From contig JAYWIR010000030.1 in NCBI GenBank assembly GCA_036172245.1, forward strand, positions 372,001 to 436,000: 64,000 bases of DNA, read 5' to 3'. The translations under genes and the position numbers were made by a program. How positions within the stretch are numbered: position 1 is the first letter of the stretch; each line of letters opens with the position of its first letter. Origin of the DNA: Raillietiella orientalis (lineage: Eukaryota). Below, piece after piece: positions 11,186-24,099 of this stretch. A model generated the notes under the pieces. It was given only the letters and a program-made list of their open reading frames with translations, was not told the origin of the DNA and searched no databases.

Positions 11186-12400
11186 CTAGCCAGCCATGAC
11201 TCGCGCTGTCACGCCTCGGCACCAATTCGCTTTTTTGGTTCGTTTCCGGATTCCGTTCACTCCGATTCAGATGTGGTGGCTGATGCACGCAACCAGGCTT
11301 CCTAGATGCCAATCTCTTCCCCTCTCCCTTTTTCTCTTTCCTTCTCCCTCTCTTTTGTCTGCACCGAATAGAATGCACCTGGTGAATGCAGCCTCTCTTC
11401 AAGAATTCGCGGAAGGATGGCGGTAAAAGCCGAGGCGCTCCCGCATGGCGCCGCTGCGTTCCCGAGGAAACGACGCTCACCACGGACTGGAGCAGACGCC
11501 GTCGAAGAAAGGTGCGGCCAGGGTGCGCGGGAAGTCCGAGGGGAAGAGGCGACTGACTCGATTCGGATTGGTCTGTGCTGCGGACAAGACATGCTCAGCC
11601 GTCGAAGGACATGAGACATGGCGACTCATCTGCGCAAGATCGGAGCGTTCCGGAGGAATCAGAGGCATGCCTCAAGGGGTCTGTAAACTTTCGGCGGAGC
11701 AGCACAGATGAGGGTGAGTCCTCTCTCCTTGGAGATACATGTTGGAGCGTTCGTTGCGAGGGAAGCAGCAGCATTAATCTGCGTGGGGTCCTTTCAGGAT
11801 GATCATCGGGAAGAGGGAAAATAAGAGCAGGTAGATCAAACAAAGAGCTAGGCCAAGGAATGCATCGGCAAGCAAGAATAATGGCGCTCTAGATCCCCAA
11901 AGACGAACTCGCACTTTTCTTTTGCTCCCAGGGCACGCGATGCGAGGGATTTGAAAGCCTCTCCGGGAATCCGAGGTGCTCTGAGAAAATCCGCGAGTAA
12001 AGTTGGTCTGGGCAGTGGGAAAACAAAGCTGTCCTTTCCTCGCGACGGCAATCCTCCCTGCAGAAGAGGATCAGCTGAAAAGAAACAGGACGCGAACGCG
12101 GATGTGCATTGCCTGTGGAATTGGGACTGACAAACCCGATAAGAGGGATGGCGGAGGCATGGAAACGGAAGGAGGGGAAACACTCCGAAGATGGCATCAG
12201 CTTGCACCGGAAGATTCCATCGCCAGGACAGCAGGGAGAATGCAGGGTGAAAGTTTCCTCAGTACCTCAATCGATGCACCATCTCGAGATCAATTTGGCT
12301 GCACCTTCTGGGGCATCATGGCACAGTTTCTTTTGCCATGGCGAACTGAATCTTTAAGTATGAAAGCTGCCTGAAATGGCTTCGAGGCATGCAGATTGCA
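11186..12400 (+). mobile_element. 5' part of an L1/Tx1-like LINE (ORF1 start, then endonuclease remnant), internally deleted
   Basis: 11186-11415 is strongly similar to the reverse complement of ~28520-28740 (shared ATG: MTRAVTPRH vs MARAVAPRH). 11527-11620 matches the reverse complement of ~27281-27371. Downstream LICVGSFQ and WRSRSPKTNSHFSF resemble the APE endonuclease GDFN and WR..P..FT motifs. Confidence 0.55.
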
Positions 12401-13535
12401 TGGCTTCAGAGGCAGTTCGGAACACCAGAAGAGCAGAAAAGTGGGAGCATCCGCACAAACATTGTTAGCAGTACTGGCAGCAATAGAAAGCCATGAGGAG
12501 CAAAGACTACACGTAAACAGTGGTGCTGTATGTACTTGGAGTATTGCAAGCGTTAGATGTGTACACAAGCAGAAGGGAAATGGTACACAGAGAGAATTGT
12601 TGCAAAAAGCAGAATGTTCGTTTCAATCTTCACACCAGCATCTCTGCAGTGGATTGTGGCGTCTCAGCGCTAAACGGCGCAGATCCGGCGAATTCAGATT
12701 TCCCTCTACAGCATCCCAAAACTTATTTGGTGCTTCATAGCGCCTCGGATGAAAAGTTCTTCCTCCCTCTGTGCACATGCCCATGAATTATTCAACTATT
12801 ATATTGCACAGTGAAACACTACATGGAACAATATGCTGATACATGATTCTCTCCGCGCTCCTAAACAGTTACTGTTTCATTCGTGTAAGCATCTTCATAT
12901 CAGAAAGTATTTTCACCAAGCTGGACATATTAGGGATCTATCAGGTACTTGCCCTAACAAATGTCTAATAATCTTGTCTGGAAGCCCAGTTGTTTTCGAA
13001 TTCCTTCTTTGGATTTACGAGAAATTCTAGCATGGCCTCGGCTTATAATTCTCCATTTATTTGATCATTTGTTTTAGCATTTTCCATCCAAAGATTGCAA
13101 CTTGTCAACCATATCTGAATACTAATCTATTAATACATACATCAGGATTCATTGCCACATAAGTATGTAATTATTGAGGAGACAAGGGGTTGCTAATCAA
13201 TTATGTAGTCTGAATGTGATAAGGCATATTAATCTGATGATGTGCTTCATGCTTTTCAGCTTCCTTCAATAAAAACTGTCAAGGTTTCCTTCGTGTTCAA
13301 AGATGTGCATTTTCAACAGAGAAGTCATGGCTCCTTATCATTTCCTCAATGCTGTGCGGATGTTCTAATTCTTTGCATTTCCTGCAGGTTTCGTTTGAAT
13401 CAGTTTGATGCAACCCGGTTGTACTTAAGTAAATGTTCCTCTATTTGCCTACATCTGTTCTGTTGTGCTCATAATCATGATAAGCTTGTTGTGGGTGTTC
13501 ATTTTCCATCTTTTTAGATCTTCTGCTATCCTACA

Positions 13536-14367
13536 CAGTTCAGTCCATAAGCTTTAGGACCGAATTTTTTACGGTCCTGCAGCGGGACTATCTACTATGA
13601 ACCTTCTTTAAATCGTACACAGAGAGGCGTCTCCATGTGTTTAGTTGCTGCCAAGAGAAGACGTTTCGCGCGACTTCTGTCTTCGGCTTCGGACGCAGTG
13701 CCACTGGCCTACGGGGATGAAGCCATGAATCGTTCAAACGTTTTTCGGCGGCACGCGCGGTTTCGAGATGGAGGACGGTCGGCGAAAGACGACGAACGCT
13801 GAGGTCACCCAGTAACCACTGGGCGACCTCAGCGTTCCACGAGCGCCCCACGAGGACCGACAATGACGTCGCCGCCTTTGCGGAACTGCTCAAAGAGCAC
13901 CGGCGACTGACCCCCCGAACGGCAGTGGGAACTCTCGGCAGGCCGAAAACTGAGGTGCTACGCGTTTTACGCGAACATTCTAAGAAACGAAAGAAGCTGC
14001 GCGCACGATCCGTCTCGCATTCCCTGTCACGAGAGCTAAGAGACGCTTGAATTTTCGGCGCAAGGACAGATCTCGACGTTGGACCAGCCCCCGTACTCGC
14101 CAGATTTCTCTCTTCTTGACCATTTCCTATTCCCTAAAATGAAACTGACGCTGAATTTGACACCCTCAAGGACATTCAGATGACGGAGCGTATGAAGGAG
14201 ATCTCTGTAAAGGACTACGCCAGTACCATGCAGAAGTTCGAATCTCTACTCAAGCAGTGTATAGAGTCGGATGGATCCTATTTTAAATAAATAAAATGTA
14301 AAAAAATTATTCCATGTTTTTCTCTTATTTCTAATGGTTTCAGTCCTAACACTTTTGGACCGCACTG
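13536..14367 (+). mobile_element. Internally deleted mariner DNA transposon
   Basis: Imperfect 29-bp TIRs: CAGTTCAGTCCATAAGCTTTAGGACCGAA (13536-13564) and the reverse complement of 14339-14367, CAGTGCGGTCCAAAAGTGTTAGGACTGAA. Transposase remnants: AYGDEAMNRSNVFRRHARFRDG..DDER*GHP, RARSVSHSL (WVPHEL-like), QPPYSPDFSLLDHFLFPKMK (YSPDLAP-like). The catalytic middle is missing. Confidence 0.93.
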
Positions 14368-16625
14368 GCTTAAAGCAAGCAACTTCTGAAAAACTGAATG
14401 CTCCACTGGTCAAGAACACCCTCGGTTTTCCTTAGAATTGGCTTTGGAGTATTTTGATCTAAAACTTGAAAGAAGCTCAGATTTTTTTTTCATGGAAGTT
14501 GTATCTTCGCACTCACGAACTCAAATAATCAGCAAACAAAAAAGGGTTCAAGTCCGATCGGTTTTTTCGAATTCATTCAGTCGAGAACAGAAACTTGTTT
14601 CCTTGTGGGTCTTTTAGCATCCTCACAATGTATGGCTCTTTAGCACTCTTTCTCTTTTAGCTCTCTTTAGGCACTGAACTCTCCTATGTATACGCGAAAG
14701 CGAACGTGATGAACGAAAAAGAAAAAAAACAGACCTGGAATGAAAACAATGTCGAGAAGGCAAAACTTCAGGAAGCTTTGTGAGAGTAAGTGATTAAGAA
14801 AAAACGGAAAATAGATCTTCCTCAGTCTTCTGAATTTGCATAGGTTTTCACAGGTGAGGCAGCTCTCGAGCCTTTTTGGACTGTACTCTTTTTTATTCAT
14901 TCTTAACACTGATCTTTCGAACTTATCTTGCACATTTCGAGACTCAGAACAGAGTTATTTGGAAGTGTCTGGAAGAAAGCGGCGATGTTTTGTCTTGATT
15001 TATAGATGCAGCAAGTCGGTGCATCAGCAAGGAAAATGGTTTCACAAACAGGAAGAATGGACTCTTAGGCTAGGTCGGGTGCAGGATTCTCTTCGGATCC
15101 GTTGCCCATGATGACGGGACAGCCAAATGCGGGTGAAGTTCTGACGCAATTTATTTAAAAAAAAAAAAAAAACATACATGAGTTCCATTACTTATTATTC
15201 ACAAGTCGTAGAGAGCCTATCGAAATAAGAGCTTGTTTTCCACCTCCCATTTTGAAAGGTTTCCGAACTCGCAAAATAAAAGAAAAACCACACGTGTCCT
15301 ATATCGAAACGAAAATCAAAAGCTCAGAGGCGAAAAATCCAAGACCTCAAGGAGTAAAAGAACTTCTTACAACGGAATGGCATATTCAGCCAGGGAATCT
15401 TCTCCGAATTATGAGACTGCAAGATGGTCAGCTTCTGGGAACCAAAGCGTGTGAAGACTTGCCATTAATCGTTGGAGTTCGAATAACGGAAAAGCAAGTC
15501 TGCAGGAAACGCACTCTTCAAGTGAGGGTTGCATATCTTAAAAGAACTTGGGAAGCACACGATTACTGTAGTTTGGAGGTAATTAGACTCAGAAGAAAGC
15601 ACCATCACGTTTCTTATAAACAGATAGGTGAGTCACACAAGTTTCCATATTCACTGTGTAAACTGATGAAAAAAAATACTGTCGGCCCAAGGTAGAACAA
15701 AAACTTAGTAATTCTACGTTTCTAGAATACCACTGTTGATAATATCTCGAAATATATATGTGCATTGCAGATTCCATACAAGATTATCCTTACGAGGTGT
15801 TAATGATCTCAACCCCTCTTTATTTGAGCGAGTCCATCTTCTCAATGTGGAGTTCCACGTAGCAGTAATAATTCCAGCAAATCATAATTCATCAGGATCT
15901 TTGATATATTTCGATCTTTGATTGTCACCAACTAAAAGAACAGCAATCCAAAATCGCCATGGCGGTCAAATTCTGGAGTCTGGCCTTAGACTTAAATTAG
16001 GAAGTGAAATCCCAGGAAGTGACTGCAGCGGTCTAGACATCGGATTGCTTTGCAATGATCGGTGAAACCAAATCAAGATGCAAGCTGCTGGTCAGTACTT
16101 CAAAGAAGAGACTCAAATAATAAGTGCACTCATTTCTAATCTCTTTCGCGACTGTCTTTTTCTACATCTGAATATTGTGAGCAGCACTTGTTTATAATTA
16201 AAAGAAAGAATGTAATCAGACAGTGAAGAAGCCCACGAAAGAGAGGAGCAGTAAAAGGTAGAAACAACGATTCTAACGGAAATAAAAATTCTAACGGTGC
16301 GCGAAAGATGAGGGACCTGGAGCAATCGAAACATGAAAACACTCTCAAATGGTTTCCAGGAGGAAAAGAAAAAATAACGGAGAAAAGAAGAGCAGAACAG
16401 TGAGGGAAATAAAGATCAGATCTAGTTATGAATAATTTGGCAAACGATGGCGAAAAGGGATCCGGTAGGTTGCTATCCATTTCATACAACCATTGTATCC
16501 GATACTTACATTCTGGTAATGCGAAAAATTGAAATCTTAAATTCAGGTGATCCACTTCCGGTTTAGTCATCTCTTCGGATGAGCAGAGATCTCGACTACC
16601 TACAACATGCTTAATACCGCTCTTT

Positions 16626-16690
16626 AAATTTAGCATCTTGGCATGGGGTCGACCGCTCCTGGGTCGACCTCATGCCAAGATGCTAAATTT
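16626..16690. repeat. Near-perfect inverted repeat (29-bp arms, 7-nt loop)
   Basis: AAATTTAGCATCTTGGCATGGGGTCGACC-GCTCCTG-GGTCGACCTCATGCCAAGATGCTAAATTT; one G.T mismatch. Confidence 0.95.
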
Positions 16691-19600
16691 CACCTGCAGC
16701 TAGCGCTACCCTGGATCGGCTGTTTCTGCTGTTCATTCATCGCCACTTGCTAATCCCCTCTTAGCTTGGCACGCGCCGGAAGCTCCGAGCAACCGGTTTT
16801 CATATGCTCGGCCACCTGGAAACGAGGATGAGCATTTCCTTCTTGATAGGACACACCACTTGGGCTGCATTGGTGATTGATTGATTGCCCGTGATGATCT
16901 GATCTGGCCAGTTTGAACCAGCGTGGCATCAGCGGCGGCAAAAGGCTCTTCTTTCAGTTGGGAAAGCTAAAGAGGGAAACCCTGAGCGGCTTGCAGCAGC
17001 CGTTCCCGGCGAGCACTTTCTGCAGCGGCTATCGCACCGTCATCCACCAAGCAGAGCTTTCCCTTCTTGTTAACGATCCCCCTAATCACGGAATTGTTGC
17101 AAAGATAGGAAAGTGGGGATTCTCATTAGGAAGCATCACCTTGCTTTGGGATTCCATCCCATTTTCTTCAACGGCTTCGAAATTCTTCGAAGCAAGTCAC
17201 CTTGAACTCCGGTTTGCAATTCATTTGAGTTTCTCAGGCTTGACTTCGGATAAGCCAACAAAGAATTGGAGGCCGAACAGAATGCGATGGGAGCTGAAAG
17301 AGTAGGCAGACGACACCGAGACACAAATGCCATGTTCCTGATTCATGATATGCACTTCTGGACGCTCCCTCTTTTTCCCTCTGCCTTCCACTGTGGATTC
17401 GAATTTTCCAGGCACCATAATTAGCATAGAAAAGTAGGTCTTTCTGCAGTTTATTTCCCCGATGAAAGAAACTTCCAGAACCGAAAATGATAAAATACAA
17501 AGACAGTAATGAAATTAGCATTTTCTTTTTTTGTTGAATGCAAAGTTTGAATTAATTTTTAAGCAAATTATGAAGTGCAGGAATGCGTTATTCGATTATT
17601 ATGGAAGCTCAAGGAACGATGGAAAAGCTACCCGTTATAACCAGCCAAGTCTACACTTCCAGAATACAGACAAGTATTCTCTCTTTGAAAGTGTCCATCT
17701 TAATAAAATATGATCTCGTCGCTCCACTTATGATTGCGAATGATATGCGATCAAAACTCTGCTGTTCCCGAGGAGATAGAAGATGGCATGGGTTTCCCTA
17801 TCCCATGGAGATACAAGGAAGTTTTCAGCATAATGAGAAAATTGAATTTTTGGAAACGGGAAGGCCGTAAGAAATTATCTTTGAATTTTTGTCTTCTGAG
17901 TGAACTTGCGAGGAGGCCCAGAAGAATTAGGAGTTCTAACTTGGAAAGTTGGCCGATGACTCCCAAATAAGGATCATACCAGCTATCAACTAAAATTGCC
18001 TGCAGGGCAGCGCTTGCAGCCAAATGTTCAAGGAGTCGGCCAGCATAATTCAACAGACACGAAAGACTGATTAAGATAAGCATTTTTTTTGTCTGTATCA
18101 CCTAAACCTGCGCCCGAAACGAGGAACTTTTGAAAGGAATTCAACTACTCATTAGGTTCTTACTAATACTCATTACCGCTCTATTTTAAGAAAATCTAAA
18201 CTCTTAGATGATGCGATATGCTTTGTATCTTGCTTCGTCACATTGGATGTGAATCAAGGCACTGGCAAGTAGTTTGTTAGTTGCAGAACGTTTATGATAT
18301 CTGGACATAAGCTCAAACTTCCGGAATCATGGATAAGTGGACTGGGTTTTTTCTTCTTCGAAGAGTTCCGTTCACACTGTGATGAGTCTGGTCTGATGTG
18401 GTGATTTCTCTACGGCAGACGAACGAAGAAAATGCCAGGATTCCCGATGGAAAATGCTTGCTCGTCAAAGAGGAAAAAGCTGAGGAACTATTGACTTGGT
18501 CCATTGGACAAGGATGTACTGAATTTCATAGGTGGTCACCGGTGGTTGCTGTTGATTGTCACGAATATGATTGGTTTTAAAGTCGTTAAAGCACTTTCGC
18601 TGTGAACATCTGCCTTGGAAAATCTGTACAATAATTATTTTGAAGATGCGTTAAATGATTTCCATCATTCTGATGGCTTCGACCAGGACGCTTGTTTTAA
18701 CTAATCAGCTTGATCTTGATCAGCGAAACTGAAAGTCCAAGTGTGAACATTGACCAAAGGCTGTGTATGTATGTGTGTGTGTGTGCGTGGGTATGTGACT
18801 AGACAAGCGAAATGGGATGCTATAGGATTCATAGAGTTCCTTTCTAATCAGGAACCCATCTCTTGGCATCTGGAAATCCTTTGATAGCGTCCGAAACGTG
18901 CAATGTTCCTCCCAGCTGGAAAAAGAAGTGCAATAAATTGGGCATATGCATTTCGTTGCAATAAAGCGTAAAAGGGACAAACGAAGCGAAGACGAACCTT
19001 AGTCTTTGAAATAGGATCACTGACAAAAGTTCATTGAAGATCAGTCGGAAATTGCAGTGTATTTTCTACATGAATAAATACAGAAACGTTCAGAAGAAAA
19101 GCTCTGTGGCGTTTGGGAATGGAAACTTTTGTAGCCAGCTATAGAATTGCGAACATAAAAAAGTGCTTCATTCGGCAGACCGACTCTCAGAATTCCCATC
19201 TAGGAAGCAAATAATTAAAAAGCACCTGTTTCTTGATTCCGTCACGGATGCACGATTCATGAGTTTTTTGAAGCTTTGACAAAACGGTACGACAAAAAAT
19301 TTACAGCCACTAGTAGGGAGCTTCTGAAATTGTATTTACTAAGAACCTTCTAAGAGCAAAAAGAACAATGAAAGATACTTTGAGTATCTTTCATAAATAA
19401 ATGCTTTGCTTCGATTGAAGTGGAAGCATCTGCAAGGCATTCCTCCTGAGTTAATATTTCTCAATCCAGTAACAAACAGATGAGATCTTCTTCTTGACAA
19501 TCTTGCACGGAAGTCCTCTCAAAGTTTCATTTTATTTTCTACATCTATTTTCCATTTGCAAATTGGTTTTCATGGAAACCAATGAAATGGAAACCAATGG

Positions 19601-21699
19601 AAATCGATCATGTAATCATGATCGATCTCTATTTCTTGTGTAAATGGCATTATGTGAACTTTTCTGGCAGAATCACATTCTTGAACATCATGTTGTATGT
19701 ACCTCAAACGATAAGTCTATGTAGCAAAGTTAGATTTCCACCTTCATCTATTTTTTTCAAGCTGCGAACTCTTCTTCTTTTTTATAGAATTGCTCTTTCT
19801 TTTTGCAGATACGAACAAAGGTTAGCAAAGACTCTCGACTTGCTCGGAAAGCAAAGCAATCTATATACTTATCCTTTTCCAATCACTTGTGTATCTGTCC
19901 AGCATTTATACACTTGCTTATTCAGTACAAATCTGCATCGCATCTTCACTCTTCCAAGATTTTCAACCAGTGAATGGGTCATCGAAACAGGAAAGATTTG
20001 AGTTTTCATCTTTAGTATGTGAAAGCAGCTGGTAGAAATCTTTGCGTTTTATTCATTCAACACCTGGAATGCCCTCACGTCCCTGAACTGACCCCTTGAA
20101 TGCAAGTTAACTTGACTTGCATCTCTTTAAGGGATCGAAATAAGGCTGAAGGCCGACCACGGAAAGTATAATTAATACCCTCGGTTTCTAGGTCAGGTAA
20201 GCACGTTTGTTTTTTCATGGAAAGTTTTTGGCATTATTTGTATGCTTATTAAATCCAGAATATGATAATTCTGGAGCTAAACCTCGTTTTAGAACAACAA
20301 TTCCATTCTTGGAATCCTTTATCTGATGCCTTTTTGTGTGTACGGGAGCAATGCAATTTCTCTTGAGACTATTCAATTAGTTCGCAGCATCCCAGTTACG
20401 TTTCAGAGCAGCCGGAAATCTTAAGACTTACTGATGAATCCTTTATCTATGGCGAAAACTAGAGCACTCTGTTTTCTTCTAATAGCTTTCATGGGCTCAT
20501 CTAAGATATATTCTTGATATGACAATATGCGTAACTGTTAGTAAGTAACTGAAAAATCCATGTTCGAAAACTCAGAGCATGGGGATCCAAATAACTGATG
20601 TTCTAGCTGAACGATGGGATACTCTAAATATAAATGTGGATTTCTGAACAAATCCTATAGTCTCAGAGCTGGATAAAATGAACAAGGATAAATCTAAGAC
20701 GGACGCATCAAAGCTATTAGAGGAAAACAGTGTTCCCGTCTTCATAAACTGGATACAGTTGCTACAGACAACCAGATCGCCATTTCACCCACATAAAAGA
20801 AGCGATGCTACCTAATGTTTAGGCTGACTGTGCCTTAACAACTATTCGCAAAATAGAAGGCAAATTTATGTACTTGAACGAGTTAAAAGAAAACACTGAG
20901 TGATGAATTTCTAAGGCGAGTACATGAAGTTGCGAATCATGTTTGACAGGTAGGATTGACAGTGACTCAATGTAGAACACAGAAGTTATTTTGAAGGCAG
21001 CAGTGAGGACCAGAGAATATGATAAAATGAAAATTATATCCCAGTTTTGATATATTTATCAACTGCTCCCGAATTGTAGTTCATAAAGCCATTCGATACT
21101 GAAATTCGATGTGCTGTGTTCCTCTGTATGCTAATCACCCTAGGCTGTTTCATGGAACCCTGTATTCCTATCGGTTCCATAATTTATTCATTTATTTTTC
21201 CTGGAGCTCAGACCATTCCTTTATTTCACTTTACTTAGGAGTGCATTTGCTTTGATAAAATCCCTTTTATCATACCTATCTTGAAATTCAAATCAGTTTG
21301 AGTGCAACATGTTACGAGCCAATTGATGTGGCAATTGATCCGCAGCGATGGAAAAATCAGAGTTAGCGGGACAAAACACTCCTCCAAGGATGATTTCTTA
21401 CTTCTTCCTACTTGGTTTCAGCTGCTCATCAGCCAAAACCCAAAATTCTTGAGAGAAATCGTGCTGCATTCGCCTCTCATGCAAGGCACTCAAATCAGAG
21501 AAAAAGATGATGCACAGTCAAAAGGACCGAGAATATTATCGAAGAATCCTCATCAGTACCATCACTACGTTTATTGATTGCGGGATCACTGATCATCAAT
21601 TTAATGCCTGCCCTCAGCAGTGTCTAATCATGAATGAAAGCTACTCATAGCTTCAAGGAAAGGTAGCCAAGGCGTACGAACAAGGAGGAGATTTCCTAC

Positions 21700-22400
21700 T
21701 CTCTGCTTTTGATGGTTTGTTCTCCAGCTTTTCCCTTCCTTAAAAGGATGGTACTGACGTGGATAGGTCAACGGGATGATGTTTTTCGTGCTTGTCACTC
21801 CCACTGGCAAGAGAGACAACAGGGAAACTGGTAGCGGGAACCAAGTTGCAAATGTGAAGCAGGAAGACAAAAACCGAAAATTAAAGCTTTCCATCTTTCC
21901 TTTGAGATCTTCGTAAGAGGAGGACGAGCGGTGAATCCGAGGATGAAAGACAGCCTTATAATCGCAGCCCCTCTCGCTCAAGATTACTGCTCATGAGACG
22001 GCAGTTCTCGTACACAGGAGCTGATCTCTCTACGCGGGGCTCCGACACAAGTCTTAAACGACATTTGCATTAATTTTGCGGCAGCCATCTCGACTAACGA
22101 CAGCAAATCGCGGATCCCTATCGCTTTCCCGATTTCCTCTTCAAAGGCGAAACGCAGCATTGAACTTTCGACGTAATTACTTTGGAAAGCAATGACGATG
22201 CTTCCTCGCGGATCGGAAGTGTCATTAATCGAAAATGCTTGAAAAAGCGGCGACAAAACGTACTCTGAAGGTAGATTACCTGACAAATTGGATTTCGCTG
22301 AACTGTTACTCAAAGGTTGTCTCACCCGAAGACTTCTTTGGCCTTTCGACTCAGCTTGGTTGCTCTTTTTTTTCCTGTCAAACAAATACAAGTCAAAGGT
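21700..22400 (-). mobile_element. Decayed non-LTR retrotransposon RT (I/Jockey/CR1-like)
   Basis: ORF 21984-22391 (-) contains GNLPSEYVLSPLFQAFSINDTSDPRGSIVIAFQSN (resembles GVPQGSVLSPLLF..NDL..FADD), followed by IRDLLSLVEMAAAKLMQMSFKTC (resembles LQ.DL..L..W...L.FN..KC). Boundaries are approximate. Confidence 0.6.
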
Positions 22401-24099
22401 ACACTCCGTGTGCTCCTTCTAATGAAGAACTGGTACACGAGTCTTGCAGCATCACTTTCGTCGTTGCTGCAAGTGAAGAAAGCAATCTTTCATCACCCAT
22501 GTTCCATGTTGATATTAAACCTCGTTTTGGAAGAGCATGCGCACTGCTTTTTTTATTTTAGAACTTGCCGCCTGCATTTGTTTTGGTCGTTTGGTAGCAA
22601 TTTTGGGAACGTCGACTTGTTTGCTACTATTCTTAAAGGCACGCTTGAAACTGTTCAAGCACTCGAAAATGCTCACCCCGTTTTTTTTTTTTTTTCTTTT
22701 TCCTGATCTCAGTGAGCTTCGCAGTGTGCAAACCATCTGCATCCAGGAGAATCTGCTAAGCCGTTTCTGATTCCCAGCTGAACAGCGTCACGACGAGCAT
22801 CTAAGCTGAACCAAGGCTTCTAAGATGGAGGACTGAGATTCGATCTTCTGGCATCATCTTCGGTGCATCTTCGGAGGGTCCTGAGCACCTTCGTTGGTGC
22901 ACACGGTTTAGGCTGTTTAGGCTGTGGCGTATTGTTGGGCGGGGTAGCTAGGCTAGGTGGCATTATTGACGGTTAGGCTATGACGTATTCGTCGTTATGG
23001 TTGGGGCTGCCCAGACAACAGTGCGCCCATCTTGAGCCCTGCTTCCCCCCAGAAATACCGCCTTTGGTTAAAAGTGTGGTGCGAAGAGAAAATTCCTGGA
23101 GAGTAACACTCGATGCAAGAACTGAGTGGATTTTGAACTTGTGCAGTCTCGAATCACAGGACCTCACCTGCGTCGCCTGACATGATTTGACGGAGCGGAC
23201 ACCTTCAAGTTGCAGCAAGCAAGCCGGAGAATGCATCCGTGATGAAGAAAGGATAGCCTCCATGTGAGCTTCCATGTACGTCTCTTTTAGGGCTACCATC
23301 TCGGGACTGAGCACCCACAAAAAGAGATGCGTAAAATCGTGATAAAAGCTGAATCAGCTGTTCTCCTCAAGAACCAAAACAAGGCAAGGTAAAGTGCTTT
23401 TTATTAGCCTCGAGATCTATAAAGAAGGTGTCGCGGAAATCGCGGGATCCAAGGGGCAGTGATTCCCATGGAGCCTTACAGAAGCGAAGATTTTCTTGCC
23501 TAGGAGAGGAGCAGCGATCCAAACTTCATTTTTGCATCTGTAGAATTCTACTTGCATCGGACGCTTTCCGGTCGCTTCCCAGCAGATTCAGGCACATCAG
23601 CTTCCTGTTTATTGATTCTTCTCAACGACAGGAAAGCAAAATTCGGTTTCTTTACATACCATCATCCTTTTTTTTTTTTTCTTCCTTCATCTCGCTGAGA
23701 TTGTCCTCACATGGATCACATGGGATTATGGGAGTGGTCCACGCCGTTTGCACCTGAGAGTATGCTCTCAAGGCGCTAACGATATCACGCAGGAACATGT
23801 GCTGTAATCGTTGCGTGATCGCACAATTCTGATCGGGGGTCGAAAGATGATGCTGATTGAAGTCCTTCACTCAGGCCCCTTTCCCATCCCAAATGCCACG
23901 ACTGGAATGCGGGACGCTCCATATGAGACAAATATTTAAAGGTTACCTCCTTCAAATATTTGTCCTCAGCACACTCCGGAACCCTCACTGCTCTCTGATT
24001 GTTTGCCTTTTCTCCTCACCATTTTCATTTCCAGTTCTTTTTCCGTTTTCGTAACGGTGGGAGTATCGCCAAGAGCCCTTCCTTTTCTGGTTTTTTCCC

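Noticed and set aside
15105..15145. ATGATGA...CTGA pair suggesting a C/D box snoRNA
   Set aside because: The boxes are under 40 nt apart, there is no terminal stem, and it is not in a host intron.
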